Origin: Lama guanicoe | Taxonomy: Eukaryota | DNA length: 64,000 bases | Direction: 5' to 3' | Assembly (NCBI GenBank): GCA_013239625.1 | Contig: MU054220.1 | Span: 5,378,626 to 5,442,625, forward strand | Shown here: positions 14,108 to 25,874 of the stretch, one piece after another | How positions within the stretch are numbered: position 1 is the stretch's first letter | Layout of the letters: each line of letters starts with the position of its first letter | The notes under the pieces: model-generated | What the model was told of the DNA's origin: nothing | What the model saw: the letters and a program-made list of their open reading frames with translations, nothing else | Database searches by the model: none | Translations under genes and position numbers: made by a program

Positions 14108-14694
14108 TGTGTCAGTTTAAGTGCTCTGAAATGCAGGCACCAAGACGAAATCAGACATGCAGCAGATAATTTAGTGGGGGAACCATCTGTGAAGGAGAAA
14201 GGAAGGGAGCTGGAGAAGGTGGGGAGAGTTTTCAACCAAGATGCAGGTCTAAGTCCTATGGAGGAGCTATACAAATTTGGGCAACTTTCTTAAACTCTTG
14301 TGTATTTTTGAAAATGTAAAAACAGTATATTATTTAACTATGAAGGTGGGAGTTGAGAAATGGAAAGTGTTTGCAACAGTCCCTGGCACATAGTTAAGAG
14401 CTATAAAGCATTTGTTCTATTATTTCCACAACACTACATAATACTCTAGATCTATTATTGATGTAACAGGCTGGAATGATGCCTAAACAGTAGAATTTAA
14501 GAACCAAAGTTGCCCATTAAATTAGACCTGCCTTTTGCAGGAGTGGATCTGCATTAGCAATCCTCTTGTCCTGAGTTATTGGCTAGGAGCAGCCTAGGGC
14601 AGGGGAGGACCAGAGGGCAGCAGCTGTGGCCATCAGGCAGTTGCTCTCCACTAGAGCAAGGAGATCTGAGTGGCACATTACCATGGCTACCACA
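14108..14694 (-). mobile_element. LTR16-family (ERVL) LTR in two pieces (14108-~14265 and ~14499-14694)
   Basis: Termini tgtgtcagttt... and ...ggagatctgagtggcacattaccatggctaccaca match the reverse complement of LTR16 as recalled; inserted in the L1 3' UTR. Confidence 0.75.
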
Positions 14695-14845
14695 AAGTCA
14701 CACACTATGATTCTGATTATGTAAAGTTAAAATCTGTGATACAATTCTATGCATTGTTTGTGGATGCATAGATATACGGGAAACATTTTAGGACATGCTT
14801 TGGAATAAGGGCCAAATTCAGGGTTATGGTTGACTACAGGGACCA
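14499..14845 (+). repeat. Inverted duplication, left arm (probable donor)
   Basis: Reverse complement of 23970-24316; 341/347 identical by manual alignment. Confidence 0.97.
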
Positions 14846-14990
14846 GGGAAAGAGGAAAATGGGAAAAAGCAGGGCACATAAGGACTTCATTTCATAAATC
14901 TTTATTGTTAAACATCTAGATAGTGATTACATTGGTATTTATCATATTAACCTCTATTGTTTTTATTATTCTAATGTATTTCTAAAATAA
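14695..14990 (+). mobile_element. L1ME-like 3' UTR continuation
   Basis: aaattcagggttatggttgactacaggg...gggcacataaggacttc resumes the L1 after the LTR. Confidence 0.7.
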
Positions 14991-15709
14991 TAATACACTA
15001 AACTAATTACTTAAGAAGCATTGTAGTGTGTATGAGTTACAAAAAGCAGTTGGGAAATCTTGTTTTAATGGTAGAGCAGAAGTCAGGGAGATATGCACAA
15101 AACTTACAATTTTCTGTTTAAGACCGCTAATGTGAATCAAGTTACATGAAACAAAGTGAAGAACAGTTTTTACTACAGATCAGCTTCCTTTTTTACTTTG
15201 AGGTACTGCAGAGGATGATTTTTTTAACAGATGATTGAGTCTCAGATTAGTCTGTATAACAATTGCAAATGCCCTGGTGCACAGAAGTGACTTTTCTTGT
15301 CTTGAAGGGAGGGAAAGATGGAGTAACGCCATTGCTGTTCTTTTTCTGTCACTGTTTCATTACTCATATTTGGTCACTGGTATGAACATTTTGCAGAGAT
15401 AGTTAAGAGTTTACATAGATCCTCCTGAGAATGGAAAAAAAGAGTATTTAATTTTTAAATCCTGTTGTTCAGGTGTCTAAATTCCAGCTCATGTATCAAA
15501 TGGATCTAGGGTATTATGCACTACAGTGGAAATAATAGATCAAATGCATTATAGCAGTTAACTATGTGCCAGGGACTGTTGTAAACATTATACATCTCCT
15601 ACCTCACTACCCTGAGTTAAATAATATACTAATTTTGAATTTTTGAAAATAAAGACACAAGAGTTTAAAAAAGTTGCCTAAGTTTGTACAGCTGGCAGAT
15701 TCCTTACAG

Positions 15710-15905
15710 TGGCTTTAAGGTACCGTATGATCTTGTCTACTGCCTACCTGAACCTCATATCATGCCTCCTACTTCCCGTATGATGAATGCCCCAGTGACA
15801 TAGGTCTTTTTTCAGCTCCATAAACACATCAAGTCCTTTCTTGCCGTTCGGTGTTCACACATAATGATTCTGACCTGGAAAGTTACTTCTCTCACTATTC
15901 ACTTG
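15710..15905 (+). mobile_element. L2 fragment
   Basis: ccttacagtggctttaagg...tgcctacctg...ttcacacataatgattctgacctggaa. Confidence 0.65.
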
Positions 15906-16590
15906 GTGAAATATTTGTTCAAAACTTTAGCCCAATTTTTATTTTTTGCTTTCTTATTGTTCAGTTGTAAGAATTTTTATATATTTTAGATACTAGGCCC
16001 TTTCAATTTTGAAACCGTCTTTTCAAAACCAGAGTTTTTAACATGTATAAACATATATTTGATGAAGAACTTGTATCTAAAATTCACCAGAGAATATATA
16101 CAGATGGCCAATAAGCACCTAAAAATATACTCAACATCATTAGTCATTAGGTAAATGCAACCTAAAACCACACGTAGATACTACTATACTCCCACTAGAA
16201 TGGAAAAGATAAAAATTACTGGACTAATGAAGTGTTAGTGAGGATGTGGAAAAGTTGGAACTCTCAAAAACTGGTCATAGGTATATAAAATATACTTTTT
16301 TGAAATGCATTTTCCAAATACACTTTGAAAGATAATTTGATTGTTTCTTAAGAAGTTAAACATACATCTACCATATGATTCAGTCATCCCACTCCTAGGC
16401 AATTATCCAAATGAAAAGAAACCATATGTCTAAGAAAAAATTTCCTACACAAATGCTCATAGCAACCTCATTTACATTGGTTCCAAACTGGAAACAACTC
16501 AAATGCTTATAAACATGTGAATGGATTTTAAAAAATGGGGGTATATAATGTAGTGGAATACATGCAACAACATGGATTGATCTCTAAATT
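15903..16590. mobile_element. Old L1 ORF2 3' pieces in opposite orientation (15903-16005 minus, ~16045-16590 plus)
   Basis: Minus piece reads tatctaaaatatataaaaattcttacaactg...; plus piece reads cagatggccaataagcac...ccatatgattcagtcatcccactcctagg. Confidence 0.8.
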
Positions 16591-17281
16591 TTTTTCATAT
16601 TTCCCTTATCTTATACACCTTTTGTCTCATTTATTCTGGTAACTTTGATACGGATTTCAGAGAATTTTCTCCATAGATGATCATGTCATCTGCAAACAAT
16701 GACATTTTTACTTCTTCTTTTCCAATCTGAATATTTTTAATTTCCTTGGTTTGCTTTATTGTATGGCCAGAACCTTCAATACAATGTTGTATAGAAGTGG
16801 TGAGATTAACATGCTTGCCTTGTTCCTGACTTTAGTGGAAAAGCATAGGAAGTTCATTTATATTCCTAGGTTACTAAGAAGCTTTATTAAGAATGAATGT
16901 TGACTTTTGTTACATTTTTTTCTGCATTTATTGAGATTATCATATTTTTTCATCTTTTAGTTCATAATATGATTCATAACATTGATTGGCTTTCACATGT
17001 TAATTCAAACTTGCAGTCCCCTGTATATTATCCTCTTTATATGTATTTATACTTGATCAGGTGAAATTTAGTTAGGAAATTTTGCATTTATGTTCCTGAG
17101 GTTTTTAATGTGTAGTAGTTTTCTTTGCCTGCTTTTAGTATGAGTGTGGTAATTGCCTAATTAGATAGGCTGGCAAGTATTCCCTCATCTTCTATTTTTT
17201 GGAAGAGTTTGTGAGGAAATGGTATTTTTTCTTCCTTGAATGTTTGGTCAGGTTCCCCAGTGAAGTCATCTATATCTGAAG

Positions 17282-17381
17282 TTTTTTTTTTTTTTTTACA
17301 TTTTTTATTGATTCATAATCATTTTACAGTGTTGTGTCAAATTCCAGTGTTCAGCACAATTTTTCAGTCATTCATGGACAT
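17282..17381 (-). mobile_element. Very short young camelid-type L1 3' end
   Basis: Poly(T) plus tttattgattcataatcattttacagtgttgtgtcaaattccagtgttcagcac, the reverse complement of the 3' UTR ends at 20350-20430 and 60940-61022. Confidence 0.9.
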
Positions 17382-17451
17382 ATTTTTTTGTGGAGAGATT
17401 TTTAATTACAAATTCAGTTTCTTTAAGAGGTAGACGGTCGTTCAGGTTATA

Positions 17452-17828
17452 TATGTTAGTCTGTTCAGGCTGCTGTAACAAAGTACCATAGGCTTGGTGG
17501 CTTATAAACAGCAGAAATTTATTTTATTTAGCTCTGAAGATTGGAAGTCCAAGGTTAGGGTACCAGTGTCGTCGAGTTCTGGTGAGAGTCCTCTTCTGGA
17601 TTGCCACTGACGACTTCTCACCAGACCCTCACATGCCAGAGAGCAGGGAGGGAAAGACAGCTTTCTTGTGACTCTTATAACAGCACTGATCCCATTCATG
17701 AGGGCTCCACTCTCAAGTCCTTATCTGATCCTCATTCCCTCCCAGTCAGCCTCCTAACCCCATCACATTGAGGAGGTGGAGTTTCAACATAAGAATTTTT
17801 CAGAGACAAAAACTTTCAATCCATACAG
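17452..17828 (-). mobile_element. MLT1A-like MaLR solo LTR
   Basis: gttcaggctgctgtaacaaagtaccatagg...cccattcatgagggctccac...tttcaacataagaatt. Confidence 0.85.
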
Positions 17829-18274
17829 TATTTTTTCATGAAGGAATTTTGATAGCTTGTATCTTTCAAATAATTTGTCTATTTAATTTCTGTTATTCAA
17901 TTCATTGGCCTAATACTGTTTAAAATATTCCCTTTTTATTCTCTAAGTATCTCTAGGAGTCTCCTCTGTCATTCCATATTTTGCTAATTGGTGTCTTTAC
18001 TCCTTTTTTTTTTTTTTTGCTATCATTCTGGCTAGAGATTTGTCCATCTTTTCAATCTTTTTAAGTAACTGACTTTTGATTTCATTAATTTTACTTTTCT
18101 GTTTTGTATTTCATTGTTCTCACTTCTTCTTTATATTACTTTCATTATTATGCTTACTCTAGGTATAACTTGCTGTTCTTTTTCTAGTTTCTTAAAGTAA
18201 AAGCTGAGATCATTGTTTTGAAATCTTTCTTATTTTTCTAATACATATGTCTAGTGGTATATACATTTTACTCT

Positions 18275-18558
18275 ATGGCTTCCTTACGATATGGTGACTG
18301 GGTTTGAAAGGCAAGTGTATAGAGAGAGCCAGGCAGAAAAAGACAAAAGTCTTTTACGACCTAGCCTCAGAAGTCAGGAAACATCACATCCACTGAATTC
18401 TGTTAGTTGAGGTATTTGTGAAATTCTATGCAGTTTCAAGGGAGAGGAAAATAGACTTCATCCCTCAGTGGAGACGAGTGAACAACACATTTTAAGAAGA
18501 ACGTGTGGGATGATATGTATAGTGGTGTGACCATCTTTAGAAAATACAGCCTGCCACA
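18275..18558 (-). mobile_element. MLT1 (F/G/H-like) MaLR LTR fragment
   Basis: gacctagcctcagaagtc...caagggagaggaaaatagact...aatacagcctgccaca terminus. Confidence 0.7.
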
Positions 18559-19069
18559 TCTTGTTTATATTTTTACCTTTTCTCCTGTTTTCTTGAATTG
18601 ATAAAGTTTGCTTTGTTCTGTTTTCCTTCACTACTGGCTTCAAAGTTATACATTTTACTTTTAGCTTACCAGTGATTACTTTTAAATTTTTAATATGCAT
18701 ATGTAAACTTACATTTTTCTAACAAACTTAGAGATAATTCATATCTAGTTCTATCACACAAGGCAAAAAATAGCACACTTTTATTTCCCTTTTCCTGCCT
18801 GCACTCTGCCAAAAAAACATGTTGCAGTTGACTGGCATTTCAATTTATGTTTGTTATTAAAACAAATTTAAAAAAATCAGCATTTACTTTATGTTCTAAT
18901 TTCCTTTTGCTTGCTGAGAGGTGATAGAGTGAAATGCTTAAGTTCACTGAAGAGTGAGACAGTCTGGGTTTATTAGGATCTTACTAGAAGTGTGAGTTGA
19001 CAATTACTTAATTTGTTTGTGCATCAGATATTTTGTCTTTAAAACAGAAGGGTCTAAAATATTACCTAC

Positions 19070-19447
19070 TGGTTTCATTTGCAAAAATTTTCTCCCATTC
19101 CGTAGGTTGTCTTTTTGTTTTACTTATGGTTTCCTTTGCTGTGCAGAAGCTTATAAGTTTCATTAGGTCCCATTTGTTTATTCTTGCTTTTATTTTTACT
19201 AGGAGAAAATTTTTGAGATGTATGTCAGATAATGTTTTGCCTATGTTTTCCTCTAGGAGGTTTATTGTATCTTGTCTTATGTTTAAGTCTTTGATCCATT
19301 TTGAGTTGATTTTTGTATATGGTGTAAGGGAGTGTTCTAGCTTCATTGTTTTGCATGCTGCTGTCCAGTTTTCCCAACACCATTTGCTGAAGAGACTGTC
19401 TTTATTCCATTGTATATTCTTGCCTCCTTTGTCAAAGATTAGTTGAC
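19070..19447 (-). pseudogene. LINE-1 ORF2p internal remnant (inverted segment)
   Basis: [27 protein letters not shown]...[12 protein letters not shown]...[13 protein letters not shown]. Confidence 0.95.
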
Positions 19448-20132
19448 CAAAAGTTTGATCTCCAGAATATATAAGCAGCTCATACGACTCAATAAGAAAA
19501 AAATGAACAACCCAATCCAAAAATGGGCAGAAGACCTAAACAAGCAATTCTCCAAGGAAGACATACAAATGATCAAAAGGCACATGAAAAAATGCTCAAT
19601 ATCACTAATTATCAGAGAAATGCAAATCAAAACTACAATGAGGTATCACCTCACACCAGTCAGAATGGCTGTCATTCAAAAATCCAAAAATGACAAATGC
19701 TGGAGAGGCTGTGGAGAAAGGGGAACCCTCCTACACTGCTGGTGGGAATGCAGTTTGGTGCAGCCACTGTGGAAAACAGTGTGGAGATTCCTCAAAAGAC
19801 TAGGAATAGACTTACCATATGACCCAGGAATCCCACTCCTGGGCTTGTATCCAGAAGGAACCCTACTTCAGGATGACACCTGCACCCCAATGTTCATAGC
19901 AGCACTATTTACAATAGCCAAGTCATGGAAACAGCCTAAATGTCCATCGACAGATGACTGGATAAAGAAGAGGTGGTATATTTATACAATGGAATACTAT
20001 TCAGCTATAAGAAATGACAACATAATGCCATTTTCAGCAGCATGGATGTCCCTGGAGAATATCATTCTAAGTAAAGTAAGTCATAAGGAGAAAGAAAAAT
20101 ACCATATGAGATCGCTCATATGTGGAATCTAA
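19443..20132 (+). pseudogene. LINE-1 ORF2p C-terminal remnant (Cys-rich domain), uninterrupted frame
   Basis: [19 protein letters not shown]...[21 protein letters not shown]...[14 protein letters not shown]...[12 protein letters not shown] are canonical ORF2p motifs. Confidence 0.95.
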
Positions 20133-21699
20133 AAAACAAAAACAAAAACAAACAAACAAACAATGCATAAATACAGGAGAGAAATAGACTCATAGACATA
20201 GAATACAGACTTTTGGTTGCCAGGGTTGGGTGGAGGGTGGGAAGGGATAGACAGGGATTTCAAAATTGTAGAATAGATAAACAAGATTATACTGTATAGC
20301 ACAGGGAATCACAGAGGAAAAAATGTGATAATGAGTGTGTATATCTCCATGTATGACTGAAAAACTGTGCTGAACACTAGAATTTGACATAACATTGTAA
20401 AATGATTATAAATCAATAAAAATGTTTAAAAAATAAAATATTACCTACCTAATAGGTAGAAAAAATAAATGAGATTATAACATAAAGCAGTTAGCATACT
20501 GCCTGAAACTCAGTAAACCTTTAATATTGTTTAAAGTATTATCAGTGGTTTCAAAATATTTAAACATAAAAATCTCTTGTATTTCCTTGCTATTTATATC
20601 TCTTACTGCTGAAGATCTTCCAATTTTTTTCTTTATTACTCTTGTCTTTCTATTAAGGTATTACATGGTAAGTACATTGGGTTCATGGCTTGGGTGTGTT
20701 GTGTAAGCACTGACCTTCCTAATTATCAGTTCATACTTTAATTACTCCTACATCAGTTAAACAAGGCCATTCTCAATGAAAATTGAAATCAACATTTTTT
20801 TAAAATCACATGAGATTAATTCTGACATGGACAGTTTGAACCAATATCCATCACATATCCTTACTATAAGATTAGAATATCTTGAATGGCATTTAGGCAT
20901 GTGTCAAAAATGAAATAATACATGTCAGAATGCGGGAATAAATTGGTGATCTTTTTATTCTCCCTGGAAATTTTTTTTTTCACCATCATTATCTTATTAT
21001 CTAAGATCCTTGTCCCTTTTATTTCTATTTTAATCTCTTACTCTTTCCTCTTTTTGGTGTTTCTAATGACTTCTCAATCCCTCACCTAGTTAAGAACACT
21101 TGGGTAAAGTTGGGTAGTAATTAATTAGAGGGTCAGGTTTAAAAGAATCAGAAATAAGGTACAGTGATGATTTAGGGTCATAGGTAGCATCACATGTCCT
21201 GGGCAGGGATGGAAGTGGGAAGGTAAGGGTTTGGGGGTGTACAGCAGTAAGTGGGTTTGGTGGTAGTAATTGTAATATAGCTATGCTAATACGAAGGGGC
21301 ATCACGACTCACCATTGTATCTCTGGAAATAAATGTGGAGGTTACAGAATCTTTTAATATTTTCCTATTTTGCAAAGTAACTTATGGGACAAGTCAAATT
21401 GTCTCCACTAGGCAGTGACTCCATTCTGATTGTTTACAATGGGGATAGAAGTTTGCAATCAGGAGGATAACTCTATTAGAAATTCTGCTTGCCTATGGAT
21501 TTGGAAGAATTTGTAGGTATCCTGAGAAGACTGCATGGGTTATCTGGAAGTCATCTATCCCTTGAGGCATGTGGGAAAGGAATGTGCTTTGTACACACTA
21601 CACACACACACATATATATGAGCAAACCTCTTTATTGGCACAAAACCTACTTCTTGCAATGCATCTCTTCTGAAGAAATTTCTGGGCAAAGAATAAGAA

Positions 21700-21950
21700 T
21701 AGCATAGTGGTTAAACAAGCTAGTCCTTCATTAAGACTGCCTGGGTGTGAAATCTGACTCTAAAACCTACTGGTCATGTCCACTTTATGGGAAGTTATTT
21801 AACTTTTCTCTGCCTCATTTTTCTCATCCATAAAATGGAGTCAATATTAGCAACCTTATAAAGCTATTGCGAGGATTTAACAAGGCAGTATAGGTAAAAT
21901 ACTTAAAATAGTGCTATTTGCATCCTAGGCACTCGATAAATATTAGCAAT
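21700..21950 (+). mobile_element. MIR SINE, near full length
   Basis: agcatagtggttaa...agactgcctgggtgtgaaatc...tgcctcatttttctcatccataaaatgg. Confidence 0.85.
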
Positions 21951-23575
21951 GATTCTTTACACTTGGGGGACTGAGTGGGGATGTGGAGAGTAAGTGTAGC
22001 ATATTTGGAATATGTTCGTATACTTGTGATGATTTTTAAAAATTTATTCATATCTCAGGATGTATTTAAGGATTGCTGCTGGGTGCGCAGATAGAGTAGA
22101 TGGCTTCATGCAATTGAAAGAACACAGCTCAAGGCTTTTTGAGTTCTTGATATGGACTTAGGGAAGTTACCTTAGTTTTTTAAGCCTCAGTTTTTCCTTT
22201 TCTTCCTGACAAGAATATTAATCTTTGTTCTTACTACCTCGTAGAGTTGTCAGAAGATGGAATGCTTTATAAGTTATAAAGTGCTGTAGCTGTCTCACAT
22301 CCTTTTTGGGAGCAGCTGTGTATAAATAATAAATAAAAAGTACTATGCAAATATAAGGAATTATTAGTGTTGTATATTCTAGATGTGCCATTCTGAGATA
22401 TGCATCCACTTAACATGGCATGTGTGTGTGTTTGCCTGTGTAGGATGGTACCTAGTTCTAAATGACTGTATGTGTGAGTGAAATGCGTATATATCAAAAA
22501 GAAATGTAATGCTTATAACAAGTTGATTGCCCTAGAAGGAAAAGGAAAAGAAAACTCTTTAAGTTATCCCGAAAGTCAAATCATCTGACAGTCACATTCC
22601 ACCAGAATGCCCAAGCACAGCTGGCTGAAAACATAGCAGCCACTCATCACTCAGTCCTGAGAGACAGTGACCAATGTAAAGGGCAGGTTGCTTGGAAGAG
22701 CAGTTCTTTGAACACAGAATCATCTTGGGAATGTATTGACAGGTTTATATATAATTGTCTTTTGAACTCACATGCTCTTTTCACGTAAATAGGGGTAACC
22801 TTGTTATGGTGCACCGATGTTGACTGGGGACTATATTCTAGGCATCTTTTGTTTTGGTTTGGGTTTAAGAGGTAAAGAGGCACTGATGTATATTTGATTT
22901 GATTTAATAAGAGATGGTCTTATGAGGTCTCCATATTTTCTTAATGAAGCCCATATTCCAAGTCTTGAAGAAAAAAAAGCCTGTACCATTTAGCCCTTGC
23001 TTTTTTCTCCAGACTTCTCTCTTCCTGCTCAGTGTTAGCAATTTTCACTCCTAGCTTCTGAACAATTTTCAGTTTCCTGAACAATCACATTTTCTCCTGC
23101 TTTGAACAGTCTTTTCCTTCTGTCTGCAACATTCAAACTTTAAAACCCATCTCTTCACTCTCCTCGGGCACGTCTTCTCAACTCCCCAAGATTAGATCAT
23201 GAGTCCCTACTATGTGGTCTCCTAAGGTGGCCATTATGATGTCTGTGATCTGGACCATAACTTCTTGTTTACTTATCTGTATCTCTGACTAGGCTATAAG
23301 CAGCTTGAGGGCAGGTAACTAGATAAATTTAATTTCAGTTTTAAATGTGCTGTGGTCTGTATGATCTTAATCATGACTGCCCCTTTAAAGTTTATTTTCT
23401 TTATCTGTAAAATTATTGATTAATACTTGTTCTTTTAACCTTGAAGAATATTATGAGGATGAAAAACAGATACAAATGTGAAAGCAAACTGAAAGCAGAA
23501 TCAACAAAAATACAAGTTTTTTTTAAAAGTAAAGGCACTATGGAAATAGAGCATTCAAATTTTTTTGTCTTTTTG

Positions 23576-23882
23576 ATTTAAAAGACTTACACATAAGACA
23601 AGATACAATAAACCTCCTAGAAGAAAATATAGGCAAAACATTATCTCACATACATCTCAAAAATGTTCTCCTAGGGCAGTCTACACAAGCAATAAAAATA
23701 AAAGCAAGAATAAACAAATGGGACCTAATTAAACTTACAAGCTTCTGCACAGCAAAGGAAACCATAAGTAAAACAAAATGACAACCTAAGGAATAGGAAG
23801 AAATTTTTGCAAACGATGAAACTGACAAAGGCTTGATCTCCAGAATATATAAACAGCTTATATGACATAGTAAGAAAAAAAC
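23576..23882 (+). mobile_element. Internal young L1 ORF2 fragment lacking 3' UTR and poly(A)
   Basis: High similarity to the ORF2 segment of the 19-kb L1; ends at the internal A-tract taagaaaaaaac. Confidence 0.9.
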
Positions 23883-23969
23883 ATGTTTACTTATTTGATA
23901 GCCAAACAAACTGGGATATTGTGGAGATGATCAAAACTACTGAAATCCCTAACATTCAAGAGGGAAAAA

Positions 23970-24316
23970 TGGTCCCTGTAGTCAACCATAACCCTGAATT
24001 TGGCCCTTACTCCAAGGCATGTCTTAAAATGTTTCCCTTATATCTGTGCATCCACAAACAATGCGTAGAATTGTATCACAGATTTTAACTTTACATAATC
24101 AGAATCATAGTGTGTGACTTTGTGGTAGCCATGGTAATGTGCCACTCAGATCTCCTTGCTCTAGTGGAGAGCAACTGCCTGATGGCCACAGCTGCTGCCC
24201 TCTGGTCCTCCCCTGCCCTAGGCTGCTCCTAGCCAATAACTCAGGACAAGAGGATTGCTAATGCAGATCCACTCCTGCAAAAGGCAGGTCTAATTTAATG
24301 GGCAACTTTGGTTCTT
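23970..24316 (-). repeat. Inverted duplication, right arm (probable derived copy)
   Basis: Reverse complement of 14499-14845, including the LTR16/L1ME junction. Confidence 0.97.
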
Positions 24317-24321
24317 CAATT

Positions 24322-24709
24322 TTATTGGGGTTTCTATGGAGGCTTCATTCTGTAGGCACGATTGATTGTTAAAACCATTTTCAGCCCTTCTCCCCTCTCA
24401 AGAAAATGGAGATTGGGGTTGAAAATGCCAGGCTTCTAATATGGATTGTTGTTTCCCGTGACCATCCCTCATCCAGCAGCTATCCAGGAACCCAGTGAAA
24501 GTTGCCTCATTAGAACAGAAGACACTCCTATCACCCAAGAAATTACAGGGGTTCCAGGAGCCCTGTGCCAAGAACCAGGATCAAAGACTAAATATTAGAA
24601 CAAAAGATACTCCCCGTGCTTTTATCACCCTGGAAATTGCAAGAGTTTCAGGAGCTCTGTCAGGAACTGGGGGCAGAGGCCAAAATGTAATTTTCTATTA
24701 TCTCCCACT
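24322..24709 (-). mobile_element. MER21-family LTR, about half missing
   Basis: ggggtttctatggaggcttcattctgtaggcacgattgatt...cagcccttctcccctc...ggagctctgtcaggaactggggg; truncated at the duplication edge. Confidence 0.75.
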
Positions 24710-25439
24710 AGCTTAAAGGAAAACCCTCTTGTGTCCTTACTTAAATGTTTTATGCTTCAAAATGATTTTTAGGATTTTTAGTAATAGAGGCATAAAGGTG
24801 GCATGCATGGTAGTAAAATAGAACAATTTAGGGGTTTGGAGTCAAATCTAGGTTTGAATCGTGGTTTTCTACTCACTGGCTGAGTAATTTTGAAAAGCTC
24901 AGTTTCCTTATTTGTGAAGTGAAAATTCTAACATGTACTGTTGGCTATGTTTCTGGAATATTAATGTCAGACACAAGTACAGGGTACTAATATTTATTGA
25001 GCCACCATCTCTGTGAGTACTTTGAAGGATATCACTTAATATTCACAAGGCAGCTATAGATTGGCTGCATACGCTAAAATTTAAACTGTAGTGCATAGTC
25101 AGGATTTCTCTGCCCCATCTCTTTCTACCCCAAAAATGTGAGGAAGAGATCCGATATGGGTCAAAGGTGAAATGGATTTCAAGAGCCAGAATTCATAATA
25201 ATCTGTTGCACATCTATCTTGATTCTTGCCATCACTCAGTGTTGTTGTTACTCACCTCTTTAAAGGAGATGAGCAGGGAAGAAACTCCAAAGAAATAAAG
25301 GCTAATAATTCCTAGCTAGAAGTTTGGCTCCAAATCCCTACATAATCTCTCACACTGTTGAATGTGGTATAGGACACCAGGACTCCATTGTCCTTTGCAG
25401 GCAATGTCCAGAATCAAAGTAGCCTTAGGTACTTGAATC

Positions 25440-25692
25440 CCCTTTGGGAAGAGAGTCTACACGAGAAGGAAGCCAACAGAGGAAACCACAGCCTGAGAAA
25501 GGAGACAACACAGTGAGGAGAGAAAGAAAGATTAAATTCATAATGAAATGATCCAACTCCTGAATCCATCCATAGCTGAAGGCACAATTTCTTTGGAGTT
25601 TTTAGTTAATGAACTATTAATAAGTTCCTTTTATTGTTTAAGCCAGTTTCAGCTGGTTCCTGCCCCTTGTATCAAAAGATTCCTGCCTAATA
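25440..25692 (+). mobile_element. MLT1K-like LTR 3' part
   Basis: ctgaatccatccatagctgaagg...ttgtttaagccagtttcagctgg...aaaagattcctgcctaata. Confidence 0.65.
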
Positions 25693-25874
25693 TAGGCATG
25701 AACAAAGGCAGTGGACATGAATATAAGGGGATGAATGTGACAAAAATGGTAGAGAGAAGGTTGATAAGATTTCATAACTGAGTTGAAATGGAACTTTGGA
25801 GAGGAAAAGTAGAATATGGCTCTGGAGTTGATATTCTAAATGATAGAATAATCATAACAAAGGTTGTTTTCCAC

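Larger units (their letters stand above)
16630..18720 (-). mobile_element. Old L1M ORF2/inter-ORF fragments with nested insertions
   Basis: gatcatgtcatctgcaaac is the reverse complement of the RT FADD-coding motif; T-rich strand. Confidence 0.85.
19070..20434 (+). mobile_element. Young camelid-type L1, 5'-truncated with 5' inversion, inserted into a MIR
   Basis: Inverted ORF2 segment 19070-~19447, forward ORF2 end plus 3' UTR; perfect TSD aaaatattacctac at 19056-19069 and 20435-20448. Confidence 0.95.

Noticed and set aside
19033..19446. 137-aa hydrophobic ORF (and the similar 23646-23909 ORF) as a membrane protein
   Set aside because: It is the antisense frame of L1 ORF2, a common spurious prediction
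23576..23882. Local duplicate of the 19-kb L1
   Set aside because: It crosses the inversion point uninverted and keeps the 18 nt deleted in the 19-kb copy, so it came from another source element
24508..24690. Diverged ~85-bp tandem duplication (attagaaca...ggagc...)
   Set aside because: Lies within the MER21-like LTR and is probably an intrinsic feature of that family
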